Shown: positions 27,866 to 37,312 of the stretch, one piece after another | Layout of the letters: the number at the start of each line of letters is the position of its first letter | Position numbering within the stretch: the first letter of the stretch is position 1 | Made by a program: the position numbers and the translations under genes | The notes under the pieces: generated by a model | What the model was told of the DNA's origin: nothing | Database searches by the model: none | Seen by the model: only the letters and a program-made list of their open reading frames with translations | Origin: a virus | Direction: 5' to 3' (one strand) | Virus record (IMG/VR): IMGVR_UViG_3300044956_000431 | Location: 1-64,000 of that record | Length of the DNA stretch: 64,000 bases

Positions 27866-28176
27866 GTCGCGTCAGGCTCGAGTTTGACCTGTAAAGGATA
27901 TCCGGCGCCACGTGCATCAACTGTAACTTCGATGCCTTTTTGCTCGGCCATTTCATAAGGTAACACTGCTACAACAGCAGAACCTTCTTGGTGGATATCT
28001 ATGGTGAGTTTTTCAGCAGTTGAGGGACTGTAATCAAAATGCTCCACCAAGCTGTCAATCACAAACTCCATGCTGGTCTGATTATCATTGAGATAAATGA
28101 CTTTGAACATGGGCGGCTCTTTGATATCTTCTCTGGGTTTTATTTTAGTTTTAGTTTCGGTAGCAGTATATAACAT
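27862..28176 (-). CDS. clpS: Clp protease adaptor ClpS
   Basis: PPMFKVIYLNDNQTSMEFV...IHQEGSAVV...YEMAEQK...YPL. Confidence 0.92.
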   Translation of the reverse strand: MLYTATETKTKIKPREDIKEPPMFKVIYLNDNQTSMEFVIDSLVEHFDYSPSTAEKLTIDIHQEGSAVVAVLPYEMAEQKGIEVTVDARGAGYPLQVKLEPDAT

Positions 28177-28192
28177 CTCTTTCCCTTGCGTT

Positions 28193-28215
28193 GTGTGGGG
28201 GCGTCGCCCCCACAC
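28193..28215. terminator. GC-rich hairpin between hsp20 and clpS (terminator or 5' stabilizer)
   Basis: GTGTGGGGGCG-T-CGCCCCCACAC just after a TAAATA box. Confidence 0.5.
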
Positions 28216-28243
28216 GTATTTACGATGCTATGCTAGTATTATA

Positions 28244-28681
28244 TCACTTTGCATAACTAATAACAATACGCTTTGGCTTCATTTCTTCGGGCACAATGCG
28301 TTGCAGGTGTACACAAAGGATACCGTCTTTCATAACAGCGTCACGAACTTCTACATAGTCTGCCAGTTGAAAAGTACGCACAAACTTGCGGGCACTGATT
28401 CCACGGTGTAGATAGTTCAGTTCGCTTTCATCGTTGTTTTTCTCGCCGGTGACAACCAACTGTCCTTCGTGAAAATCCACAGACACTTCGCCTTCGGCAA
28501 ATCCTGCTACAGCGATCTGGATTTCATAGGTGTCTTCACCGGTTTTCAAGATGTTGTAGGGCGGATAGTTTTGGCTCTGTGCGGCATGGTCAAACTGATC
28601 CATGATGCGGTTGAACAAGCGATCAACGCCGATTGTGTTGCGATAGAAAGGTGTGAGATCAAAAGATGTGATTTTAGTCAT
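28244..28681 (-). CDS. small heat shock protein Hsp20 (IbpA-like)
   Basis: NYPPYNI, AVAGF, YLHRGISARKF.R.F.L. Confidence 0.93.
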   Translation of the reverse strand: MTKITSFDLTPFYRNTIGVDRLFNRIMDQFDHAAQSQNYPPYNILKTGEDTYEIQIAVAGFAEGEVSVDFHEGQLVVTGEKNNDESELNYLHRGISARKFVRTFQLADYVEVRDAVMKDGILCVHLQRIVPEEMKPKRIVISYAK

Positions 28682-28739
28682 AGTTTTCTCCTTTTAATAA
28701 GCAAGTTGACTAGTGTAGACCCGACCATCGGCATCTACA
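28682..28739 (-). promoter_or_regulatory. ROSE-like RNA thermometer leader
   Basis: 5' hairpin TGTAGA-TGCCG-ATGGT-CGGG-TCTACA, then CTTGCT able to pair with the AGGAG SD. Confidence 0.6.
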
Positions 28740-28770
28740 TGCTTATTTATAATAGATTTTTTAGAGGGTG

Positions 28771-28989
28771 TCAATAACCTTCGTTGCCGATATTGACTAT
28801 TTTGTAGGGTTCACCTTGCCAGCTCATGCGAAAAAGAGTAAAGTCTCTTTCTCGATTGAGTCCTAAGCGATGTTGATTTTTGATAGTTTTTTGTGTGTAT
28901 TGTATTTGATACTGTTGGGCCCAGTCAGCTATCTGTTGCTTGACTAGTTCTAAGTCAACAACAGATCTGACATCAAATACAATGTACAT
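28771..28989 (-). CDS. hypothetical protein
   Basis: 72-aa ORF coupled to the bS21 gene. Confidence 0.55.
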   Translation of the reverse strand: MYIVFDVRSVVDLELVKQQIADWAQQYQIQYTQKTIKNQHRLGLNRERDFTLFRMSWQGEPYKIVNIGNEGY

Positions 28990-29210
28990 TAAAACAATTT
29001 AGGCGGCAGTTGTTGACTGCGTAGATATTTTTGCCAGCGTTTTTTGGCTGCTGATGCTTTGAGCTTGCGCTGTGTAGTAGCCTTGACATGGTGTTCGCGT
29101 TCTTTGAGCTCAAACAACAGACCCGAGTTTTCTATCTTTTTCTTTAACTTGCGCAGGGCTCGTTCTATGTTGCCGTCATTGACTATCACTGATTTTCCCA
29201 AACTATTCAT
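28989..29210 (-). CDS. rpsU: 30S ribosomal protein bS21
   Basis: V.DGNIERALRKLKKK...ELKERE...K.T.QRK...AAKKR. Confidence 0.85.
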   Translation of the reverse strand: MNSLGKSVIVNDGNIERALRKLKKKIENSGLLFELKEREHHVKATTQRKLKASAAKKRWQKYLRSQQLPPKLF

Positions 29211-30402
29211 CCTTGTATATTGGTCTAGGATTATTTATTTGGGTCTTGTCAATAACTACGCGATTTATTCCGCGATCGCGATAGCGTTTGATATGATACA
29301 TGTGCGGCAACAACACCCGTTCCATTTCTGAATGCAAAGCACGGGCACCGGTACCAAAGTCTGCGGATCTCTGTGCAATGGTTTCTAGAGCGCCTTGGTC
29401 AAAATCCAAATCAACTTGATCCACTGCAAATAGCTGTTGATACTGGCGTACCAGGCTGTTCTTGGTATCTGTGAGCACATGTATGAGATCATCGGTTGTG
29501 AGCTCATCTAAGTTTACCCAACTAGGAAAGCGACCCACAAACTCAGGAATCATACCAAACTTCACAAGATCATCGGGTACCACTTGATCCAGGCCAACGT
29601 CTTTGGTCTGCCGCACTTCTGCGTTGAAGCCCATGGAACTGCCATACAGACGTTTTTGCACCAGAGCTTCCAGGCCGACAAAAGCACCACCTGCAATGAA
29701 CAAGATGTTGCGTGTGTCTATTTCTATCATCTCGCCACCGGGATGTTTGCGGCCACCCTGCGGAGGTACTCTGCACAGGGTGCCTTCTACCATTTTTAAC
29801 AAGGCTTGTTGCACACCTTCACCGGATACATCTCTGGTAATAGAAGTTGATTCAGATTTGCGGGCAATCTTGTCTATTTCATCCACAAACACTATGCCGC
29901 GTTTGCATCTCTCTACGTCACCGCCGGCTGCGGTGAGCAGTCTAGTAATAAGACTTTCTACATCATCGCCTACATAGCCAGCTTCGGTAATGCTGGTAGC
30001 ATCTGCTATGGCAAAAGGTACGTCAAGATAACGTGCCACTGTCTTGGCCAACAGAGTTTTACCCGACCCTGTAGGACCGAGCATGAGAATATTGGCCTTG
30101 TCTATTTCTACGTCTTTGCTGGTGTGTTGTATGCGTTTGTAATGATTGGCGATGGCCACACTGAGCACGGTTTTGGCTCGATCTTGCCCGATAACATATT
30201 GATCCAAATAGGCTTTGAGTTCTTGCGGATCAATATCGTTTAGATCTTTTTTGTCAGGAGTGGCTTGTTCGTCGATCAGCAGGCTCTGACATAGATCCAC
30301 ACATTCGTTGCAAATAGCTACTTCGTTGCCAACGATGAGTTTCTTTACTTCGTCTTTGTGTTTGTTACAAAAACTGCATTTTTCATAGAGGTTTTCTGCC
30401 AT
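29203..30402 (-). CDS. clpX: ATP-dependent Clp protease ATP-binding subunit
   Basis: C4 zinc finger [34 protein letters not shown] loop. Confidence 0.95.
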   Translation of the reverse strand: MAENLYEKCSFCNKHKDEVKKLIVGNEVAICNECVDLCQSLLIDEQATPDKKDLNDIDPQELKAYLDQYVIGQDRAKTVLSVAIANHYKRIQHTSKDVEIDKANILMLGPTGSGKTLLAKTVARYLDVPFAIADATSITEAGYVGDDVESLITRLLTAAGGDVERCKRGIVFVDEIDKIARKSESTSITRDVSGEGVQQALLKMVEGTLCRVPPQGGRKHPGGEMIEIDTRNILFIAGGAFVGLEALVQKRLYGSSMGFNAEVRQTKDVGLDQVVPDDLVKFGMIPEFVGRFPSWVNLDELTTDDLIHVLTDTKNSLVRQYQQLFAVDQVDLDFDQGALETIAQRSADFGTGARALHSEMERVLLPHMYHIKRYRDRGINRVVIDKTQINNPRPIYKDE

Positions 30403-30404
30403 GT

Positions 30405-31808
30405 TTATCCTAGTTTGCTGTCAGCACGTAGGCGTTGTTCTATTTGTTGTTTTTCGTTGTCGTTGAGGAGATCAGGATCGTATTCGCCGGATCCAATCTT
30501 GGCAATAAGGTGGTCAATGTATTCATCATTATATGCAAATGTGTCCGTGGAGTTTTTGTCTATCTCGATCCATTTCTGTCCATTCCATTTGAACAGCTTG
30601 GTTGGAAGATAGTCTACTCGTATATATGCATCGCCTTTGACCGGGTCGTTGGGAAACCGAGTGCCAAAGTCAACATCATTGAAATCATCAATGTCATCTG
30701 TTCGTGCTTGGATCACATCTTCCCAAGGCAGTTTTTGTATCCTGCCTTGCTCTAGCAGTTGTTCTTGACGATGTATGGTATCGTCAGGATTTTGTTCTTT
30801 CCACAATCTACGAGCTATCTTTTCAGGATTGTTTTCGTCAGTGGATTCTTTAGGGTAGGTACTCGCTGTTTCTATTTCTGGCTCTAATGGTCTTTGTTCT
30901 GGTTCTGCTTGTGGTGTATCCACCACTGCAACCAAGGGTTGCACATCAGGCTCAGTTCTTGTATCCAATCCCACCAAATTTTTGGCATTAGATTTATCAT
31001 GATCATCCAGTTGGCCGGCATCGTCACTCTCCTTTGTTGTTTGAGTATGTTTTTCGCGTTCCCACTTCATTGATTCAGTGGCGGCAAGCAACATTATAAC
31101 GGCCAAAGGATCAAATACCAAGACTAAAACGATTATAACCCAACTTACTGCTTTTTCCAACAGATTGGCGTCAGGATTGTCACCGTAGATCAAAGCTGCG
31201 ATATATTTTACAGGACCGACCTCAGCTTCTACTTTGCGCAGTTCGCTGGCAACGGGTGCTCGTTCTTCGTTGAGTGCGGCTATTTTTTTCTGTGCTGTGG
31301 TAATATCATTTTGCAATATACCACGCTCACGTGCTTGACTGCGTCTTAGTTGTGCGGCTTTGTCTGCACCTTTTTCATCGTTGCTACGACTCATGGTTTG
31401 ATCCACCGCCTCGTCCATTTGACGCAGAGCTTTGCGGGCGGCTTCTATGTTGTCACGCTCGGTCTTGATTTTTTCATCTATGAGCTGTACTCGGGCGGCT
31501 ACATCTCCTGTGGGCACTACTTGATCTAAATGCGCCTTGCTCAAGAATCCAAATATACCCATCGAAGTGATCAGCATCAGTACCGCCACCGCAGTGACCA
31601 AATACAGTTTCATGCTACGTCTGACCTGTGCCCAGTATTCATGCAACCACACTGTTACAGTGAGCTTGGCGATTTCTAACACGGATCCCATTACAGCAAT
31701 AGGTACAGCTGCCGCGGCAAAGATGACCATGAGACCCACTATAGAATAAAAAGCAGCGATAGCGCTAAGGCACAGTGCCACTCCCAGCATGATATATGTT
31801 AAGAGCAT
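30405..31808 (-). CDS. membrane-anchored coiled-coil protein
   Basis: Three N-terminal TM helices, coiled coil, further TM, acidic tail. Confidence 0.65.
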   Translation of the reverse strand: MLLTYIMLGVALCLSAIAAFYSIVGLMVIFAAAAVPIAVMGSVLEIAKLTVTVWLHEYWAQVRRSMKLYLVTAVAVLMLITSMGIFGFLSKAHLDQVVPTGDVAARVQLIDEKIKTERDNIEAARKALRQMDEAVDQTMSRSNDEKGADKAAQLRRSQARERGILQNDITTAQKKIAALNEERAPVASELRKVEAEVGPVKYIAALIYGDNPDANLLEKAVSWVIIVLVLVFDPLAVIMLLAATESMKWEREKHTQTTKESDDAGQLDDHDKSNAKNLVGLDTRTEPDVQPLVAVVDTPQAEPEQRPLEPEIETASTYPKESTDENNPEKIARRLWKEQNPDDTIHRQEQLLEQGRIQKLPWEDVIQARTDDIDDFNDVDFGTRFPNDPVKGDAYIRVDYLPTKLFKWNGQKWIEIDKNSTDTFAYNDEYIDHLIAKIGSGEYDPDLLNDNEKQQIEQRLRADSKLG

Positions 31809-31812
31809 AAAT

Positions 31813-32082
31813 TTATTTACCGGCTCGATGCTTGGCCTCCCCGGCCACCTGCAGACTGTATTTCACTGAAATCCATGTGGCTATGCGTAGGTCTGGCACT
31901 TCAAACCATACCTGAACGCTGGGGCGATCGCAATCATACCTTTGACTTTCGGTCAGCTTGCGCTTGACTCTGGGTTGTGTACGCCAGTTCTTACCAAACC
32001 AAATTCGGCACTCTTGCATGATACCGTACCACTGCTCTTCTGTAGAGACAGATACGTAGATTCGATGTAGTCTAGCTTCCAT
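31813..32082 (-). CDS. hypothetical protein
   Basis: 89-aa ORF with TATAAT just upstream. Confidence 0.6.
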   Translation of the reverse strand: MEARLHRIYVSVSTEEQWYGIMQECRIWFGKNWRTQPRVKRKLTESQRYDCDRPSVQVWFEVPDLRIATWISVKYSLQVAGEAKHRAGK

Positions 32083-32100
32083 AATATATTATACTAGGAG

Positions 32101-32625
32101 TTAGTCCCAAGTGCGATCCTTTTCGGCAACCCACTCCAAGCCATTATATTCGTCTATTTCTCACTCAATGTTAGCGGGTATTACTTCTACCTTAAGAGAA
32201 GCGAATTGACTGTCTGCTTTTTCACCAAGCTCTCGAACTACTTGTACTAGCACTGGGTCGTCTTGGGCAATGTCTTTATCGTCAAATACTTGCTGTTCGT
32301 GCAGTTGGTTATGTTTTTGTGGTTCAGTCAAAGACATTGCATTCCATGTTGATGCGTCAAGTTCGCTGAGGCGTTGTTCTTCTGGCACCAGCCAATATAT
32401 AGATCCAAGACTACTGTATTTTTTATGAGGAACTACCTAGTGCTCTATACCTTTTATTTCAAGATATCGTTCAACACCTTCTTGGCTTAAACCAAAACCG
32501 CCATGCTGTTTGTTGATCACAACATAGCGGACGCCTTGGATTTCATTGAGAAACTGTTTTTGATCTACTGTGAGATCAGAGTCTTCAAGAGCTTTTATAA
32601 GTTTGCCATGTGTTGGTTTCGTCGT
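32101..32625 (-). pseudogene. pseudogene of a small phage protein (VINxxHGGFGLS...DDPVLVQVV...EYNGLEWVAE)
   Basis: Single frame with in-frame TAG (32437-32439) and TGA (32161-32163), and no ATG start. Confidence 0.7.
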
Positions 32626-32872
32626 TCCAATGTCGTGAATCCACTATACGCAGATCCACGGTATATCCAAATACATTGATCGTGGCCCAAGGTCCTGCAT
32701 GATCGGTCTGTCGCCAGTTAAAATCTATTGCAAGCTCGAACCAGTTGAATCGATAATAACTAAACTGTAGTTCTACAAACTTATGTTCGGTCAACTGTTT
32801 TGCACCGGCCCAGATATTTCTAAATGGGCTAGCCGGAAATGGATTACGGAGTCGGATACCAAAGTCGATCAT
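32585..32872 (-). CDS. hypothetical protein
   Basis: 95-aa Trp/Phe-rich ORF (DHAG motif). Confidence 0.65.
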   Translation of the reverse strand: MIDFGIRLRNPFPASPFRNIWAGAKQLTEHKFVELQFSYYRFNWFELAIDFNWRQTDHAGPWATINVFGYTVDLRIVDSRHWNDETNTWQTYKSS

Positions 32873-33054
32873 TTGTCAGTCCTTACACAAATAAACTTCA
32901 TGGCCTTGTTAGTGGCTGTGGCCATTTTTACAGCCTAATCACCAGCGGCTTGACATGCTGGTTGATTCTGGAATCCACCAATGCTGGTCATGACCATAGA
33001 GTCAGCGTTGCTTAATGCACCAGCATGCACAATAATAATCTGTATCCAGTTCAT
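32869..33054 (-). pseudogene. small protein gene with an internal TAG
   Basis: MNWIQ...CQAAGD*AVKMA...FICVRTDK; ATGA-coupled at both ends; TAG at 32935-32937. Confidence 0.6.
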
Positions 33055-34424
33055 ATTTTTTCTCCTGCTGCCCAACCACGGAATCTCACAAAACGTGGAA
33101 ACCTTAGGCTGTATGTTCCATCTTGATTTTGGGTTACCGCATCAGCTTCGATTTCAACCAAGCGACCAACAAGGTCATCGCGGGCGAGCCAATACTCATC
33201 ACGATCGCTATCAGACAAACCGCTACCAACATTAACGCGAATGTCACGTCCATTGTCAACTCCTTCACAGATTAACGCACCCAAACGATCCGAGTTTCGA
33301 CCGGTGCCTTGTTCGAAACCAACAATATTCAAATCCACAGTGATGGTGGGCTTCCACTTCATCCAGAAACTGCTACGTTTACACTCGTAAGGAGCATCAA
33401 TATCTTTGATCATGATGCCTTCGTAGCCTTGTGTGACAGCATTTTCAGCAAAGCGCCGCATGATATCATGCCCTTCTGATGTGTCAAGATCAACATCCAG
33501 GCCAGGCATCACACGCACACAGTCGCTGGCGTCAATAACGGCCTGGCAATCTTCTAGGATCTGTGTACGCTTGTACTGTTGAGCGTTCCAGAATCCACGC
33601 TCAAAGTCTTGCATAGTTATTACGTCAAACACATAATAAGTCATGCCGTCTGTCTTGGCATCGCTCTTGCGGTGTGCTTGGCGCATGAGTTGTTGAAAAC
33701 TTTCACCCACAATCTCACCATCTAGCACAAACGGGCCCTTGGTTGTGAGACTCATCTTGTTGCGAAATGACTCAATGGCCGCGGCCACTTGCGGAAAGTT
33801 GTCAAAGGGCTTGCCATTGCGGCTGTACAAGTTTACGGTGTTTTTACTGACCACTGCCAGTACACGAACACCGTCTAGTTTACATTCGATACGTTTGGTG
33901 CCTCGGAGCTTGTTTTGGTGATCGTTGGAATCTGTGGCCAACTGGCAAGTAAACACAGGAATCTTCCATTCCGAGTTGCCCAGAACTTTGTTCAAGGTTT
34001 TTTCTGAGATACCACAACGGAGATCTTTGATCAAAACTCGGCGGGCCAGGCTGTTCCACTCCGCAGAGTCAAAACGACTGGCCAGCTCTTCTATCTTGTC
34101 CTTTGCCTTGCCGCCAGTGATGCTACGAGTGCGGAGAGCTTCTGTCAGTGCCCAGAACTCTGTCCAAGGATTGTCCTTGCCTGTGAGCCCTGAGGTTTTA
34201 GGAACTTTCTTTACACCATAGACGAAATAAGGATTGTAGGCCAGGTAGCAGTTGTATAAAAAACACTGCGCCCCTGCCGAGCCCAATCGAGCCGCTACCA
34301 GAGCCTTTTCGATCACTGCTTCTTTGTGTAGCCTAGAGTCTGAGCCTTCGAGATCTTCGATCCAATCTGCCGCCACTTTTAATCCATTGAATTCTTTATT
34401 TTGCCAATTGCAAGCCTGTGTCAT
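33051..34424 (-). CDS. ATP-dependent DNA ligase
   Basis: KLDGVR, LDGE, EGIMIK, WMKWK, VGSG, SLRFPRF. Confidence 0.93.
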   Translation of the reverse strand: MTQACNWQNKEFNGLKVAADWIEDLEGSDSRLHKEAVIEKALVAARLGSAGAQCFLYNCYLAYNPYFVYGVKKVPKTSGLTGKDNPWTEFWALTEALRTRSITGGKAKDKIEELASRFDSAEWNSLARRVLIKDLRCGISEKTLNKVLGNSEWKIPVFTCQLATDSNDHQNKLRGTKRIECKLDGVRVLAVVSKNTVNLYSRNGKPFDNFPQVAAAIESFRNKMSLTTKGPFVLDGEIVGESFQQLMRQAHRKSDAKTDGMTYYVFDVITMQDFERGFWNAQQYKRTQILEDCQAVIDASDCVRVMPGLDVDLDTSEGHDIMRRFAENAVTQGYEGIMIKDIDAPYECKRSSFWMKWKPTITVDLNIVGFEQGTGRNSDRLGALICEGVDNGRDIRVNVGSGLSDSDRDEYWLARDDLVGRLVEIEADAVTQNQDGTYSLRFPRFVRFRGWAAGEKI

Positions 34425-34440
34425 GCCTGTACCTTTTTAT

Positions 34441-34689
34441 TTAAACCAGATCTACTTGGAAATCAATGTCCATTTTTTGCATCTTGCTGTCATATATGCT
34501 GGTACAACTGGCCATGCCCAAGATACCTTTGCGAGCAATACGCTCAAGAGCAGTCCACACAGCCATACGCTGTTCAGTGAAACACATCTTAGTCATGCCT
34601 TGCACAGTAGTGTAGAATCCCAAACCGTTAACAATGACTCGGATTTTTTGGCTGTTGTTCAGACCTTGGATGATTTGTTTTTGACGCAT
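34441..34689 (-). CDS. hypothetical early protein
   Basis: AGGAG RBS and own promoter. Confidence 0.65.
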   Translation of the reverse strand: MRQKQIIQGLNNSQKIRVIVNGLGFYTTVQGMTKMCFTEQRMAVWTALERIARKGILGMASCTSIYDSKMQKMDIDFQVDLV

Positions 34690-34722
34690 GTTTAGCTCCT
34701 GCTTTATTACTCTCTATGCTAT

Positions 34723-34752
34723 ATTATAGCCGAAATGGACGTTTCTGGTCAA
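34723..34752 (-). promoter_or_regulatory. sigma70-type early promoter
   Basis: TTGACC-18 bp-TATAAT. Confidence 0.7.
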
Positions 34753-34816
34753 CTGTTTTAAGATAGTGTGTACAAACCACAAAAAACTCTGCTATTTGCA
34801 GGGTAAATACTTTAGT

Positions 34817-35008
34817 TTACTTTTTTGTAATTCTAGCACGGAAGTAGTAATCTGGGTTGCCGCCCTCTTCCGAATGCTTTGCATAGTGTTCTGCTTCTTC
34901 CAGGGTGGAAAATAAGCAAGTATCGTTGGGGGCAACCCGCTGTCCCCAGCCCCGCTCGTACTCGATTATACTAACTTTTAACAGTCCGGAAAGTTTGACT
35001 TCTACCAT
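34817..35008 (-). CDS. hypothetical early protein
   Basis: AAGGAG RBS; IEYERGWGQR motif. Confidence 0.65.
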   Translation of the reverse strand: MVEVKLSGLLKVSIIEYERGWGQRVAPNDTCLFSTLEEAEHYAKHSEEGGNPDYYFRARITKK

Positions 35009-35045
35009 TTTGAGCTCCTTTTTGACTACTACATACTGTAACTAT

Positions 35046-35074
35046 AGTATAAGCGAAATGGAGTTACTTGTCAA
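35046..35074 (-). promoter_or_regulatory. sigma70-type early promoter
   Basis: TTGACA-17 bp-TATACT. Confidence 0.7.
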
Positions 35075-37311
35075 CTACGGATTAACAAGGCCTCGGCTTG
35101 TTCTTTGGTGTATTGATTTGGCGCCAAGGTGCCTGGCTCTTCGATTGTGGTTGTGTCAAGGGCAGTGTCTTGTTCAAGGCCAGCCGCATTTAATCTTTGT
35201 ACGTTTCTACCTTCTCTCATGGCCGCGATAATGGCCTGACCGCCTAGACTGTTTGCCACAGCCACACGCTCTAACCACATAGCCGGTCCGCCAAACTCTG
35301 TGCGCTTTCCGTATTCAGGCAGTTGCTCAGCAAAACTCATGGCCACGGTATTGTTTGGTAGAATATCTTCTGCTACCAAGTCTATGCGTTGACGGTTGAG
35401 GTATTCTCGACCCAACTGATCTTGCCAGGCATTTTCATTGTTATATACTGTTTGCGCCACAGGATAGTTTTGGATGATGTCTACATTGGCCAATGCTGTA
35501 AAAGGAATGATACCGTTGATCCAGGCGTCTTCGTAGGCCTCTTCTGCTGTGTCAAATGGACCATATGTGCCGGCAGCAGCCCACCCTGCTGGAATTTCAA
35601 CTTCCCATTCAGGAGGGTCTGTTTCAGGATAAACTGCTACGTTAACTGGTCCAAAGATACCTTGGCTAAAGGCCTGGATGGTTTCGTAGATACCTTGTAC
35701 CTGTGTGAACTCATCAAATGCACCAATAGCATCTAGTTCTGCTAACTTTGTTGAATTGTCTTGCAGGTATGATCCACTGTTATAACCGGCGGCAAAACCA
35801 ATCACATCCGATATCACTAGTTGCCCTAGAGCACCAGTGCCCAGCGGAATATCATAATCTTCATTGTACTGTGCTTTCCAATAATCTAGAACACCTTGTG
35901 GCGCATTCTGTGTTTGATTTTGTATCAGTGGTAGACCTTCAAGGTTTTCCAATCCGCTGATTGCCGCGGCTATCAAGTCTGTGCTAGAATTTTGTATACC
36001 TTTGATCTGTAGCAAACTGCGAGCTACCGCATCGTTGGCCACAGCCAAATCATCAGGAACGATGCCTTTGAGATTTTGACCAAGATTATTGAGTTCGGGG
36101 TTTACTGCACCCGAAGAATCTTCATATATGGCCCTAAAGCCCACTGATGCTGTACGTATGGGAGTGGTCAGTGTGGTATAACTCTTTCCAAACAGTTTGG
36201 TTGGATTTAGCAAGTCCTGACCTTGTCTAACACTAGCCTGTGTGTTGTTCAATATAGCCTTGACTTGTGACACTTCTGTTGGATTCAATGTACCCAACTG
36301 CCTATATATTTCTTTTTGTATGGTGGGTGGAAGGTTGGTACCTCTTCTGGCTAGACCATTTAAGTCTACTCCCAGTTCTTTGAGAGTGATATTTTGTGTC
36401 AAGTCTCCTAATCCGGTGCTGGATTTTTTACCAGTGACCACATTAAAAGCCGACGTTACAAGATTGTAACCAAGTTCTTGGGCAGTTTTTTCATTGACTC
36501 GGATCGCTCCCAACTTATCATACATGGGTCCTAGAGTCCCATTATTTTCCATATTGGCCATGAGCTGTCCTGGACTGCCAAGATTTTTGAGATTTTTCCA
36601 ACTCACTGTATCACCAAGGTTGCCAATATCTTCGCCTACGCCTTCTGTCCAGTTCGACACGCCTGTGACTCCAGCAGTGATGGTGTTTTCCATATTGGTA
36701 AATGTTTTTTTAGGGTACTTGTCGCTACGCTCAGCCGCATTGACAAAACTGTTGGTAGTGTCTACATAGCTCTGTGCCGAGTTGAAAATACTTCCCAATA
36801 CTTTAGCATCACCTTGTAAAACTCCCGATACAAACTCTCCAGGGCCGCCTAAGCTAGTACCAGCCCATTTGATGCCAGTTTGTATGGCAGTGCTATAGGC
36901 TTTTTCGGTCACGGTCTCCAAAAACGCGGCTGTTTTGGGTCCGTAGGTTCCTACAGTGCTCAAGAATACTATGTTGTCAGCAGCCACTGGAGCTGTGGCA
37001 ATCTGATTCCAGGCAGTACGCATAGGTTCGGTAAACTCTAGCACAGCAGTTTTCATCTCACCAAGAGTTTGTGTGAGACTGCTGTACCAGCTTTGGCTAG
37101 TTGTAGATAACAGACCTTGTGACGTGGCCTGGGCAGTGCTCATGACCTGGCTAACACCATCAGGAAAAAATGCAGTGACTTCGCCGAGACCGCCCAGGGC
37201 CTCAGCACCCCCAATGGGTGCGCCACCCAGGATATCTGCCAAACCGCCGTTGGCAATAAAGCTGGCGCCCGCAGTCATGATGATAGAGGTAAACCCACCT
37301 TGGCAGGCCAT
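35071..37311 (-). CDS. large putative virion (baseplate-associated) protein
   Basis: 746-aa Gly/Ala/Thr-rich ORF directly after the PAAR gene. Confidence 0.55.
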   Translation of the reverse strand: MACQGGFTSIIMTAGASFIANGGLADILGGAPIGGAEALGGLGEVTAFFPDGVSQVMSTAQATSQGLLSTTSQSWYSSLTQTLGEMKTAVLEFTEPMRTAWNQIATAPVAADNIVFLSTVGTYGPKTAAFLETVTEKAYSTAIQTGIKWAGTSLGGPGEFVSGVLQGDAKVLGSIFNSAQSYVDTTNSFVNAAERSDKYPKKTFTNMENTITAGVTGVSNWTEGVGEDIGNLGDTVSWKNLKNLGSPGQLMANMENNGTLGPMYDKLGAIRVNEKTAQELGYNLVTSAFNVVTGKKSSTGLGDLTQNITLKELGVDLNGLARRGTNLPPTIQKEIYRQLGTLNPTEVSQVKAILNNTQASVRQGQDLLNPTKLFGKSYTTLTTPIRTASVGFRAIYEDSSGAVNPELNNLGQNLKGIVPDDLAVANDAVARSLLQIKGIQNSSTDLIAAAISGLENLEGLPLIQNQTQNAPQGVLDYWKAQYNEDYDIPLGTGALGQLVISDVIGFAAGYNSGSYLQDNSTKLAELDAIGAFDEFTQVQGIYETIQAFSQGIFGPVNVAVYPETDPPEWEVEIPAGWAAAGTYGPFDTAEEAYEDAWINGIIPFTALANVDIIQNYPVAQTVYNNENAWQDQLGREYLNRQRIDLVAEDILPNNTVAMSFAEQLPEYGKRTEFGGPAMWLERVAVANSLGGQAIIAAMREGRNVQRLNAAGLEQDTALDTTTIEEPGTLAPNQYTKEQAEALLIRS

Positions 37312-37312
37312 G

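Noticed and set aside
32101-33054. Genome-wide stop-codon recoding (TAG=Gln or TGA=Trp)
   Set aside because: Long conserved genes are intact under code 11, and TAG and TGA both terminate genes normally. Internal stops are confined to a few small accessory genes.
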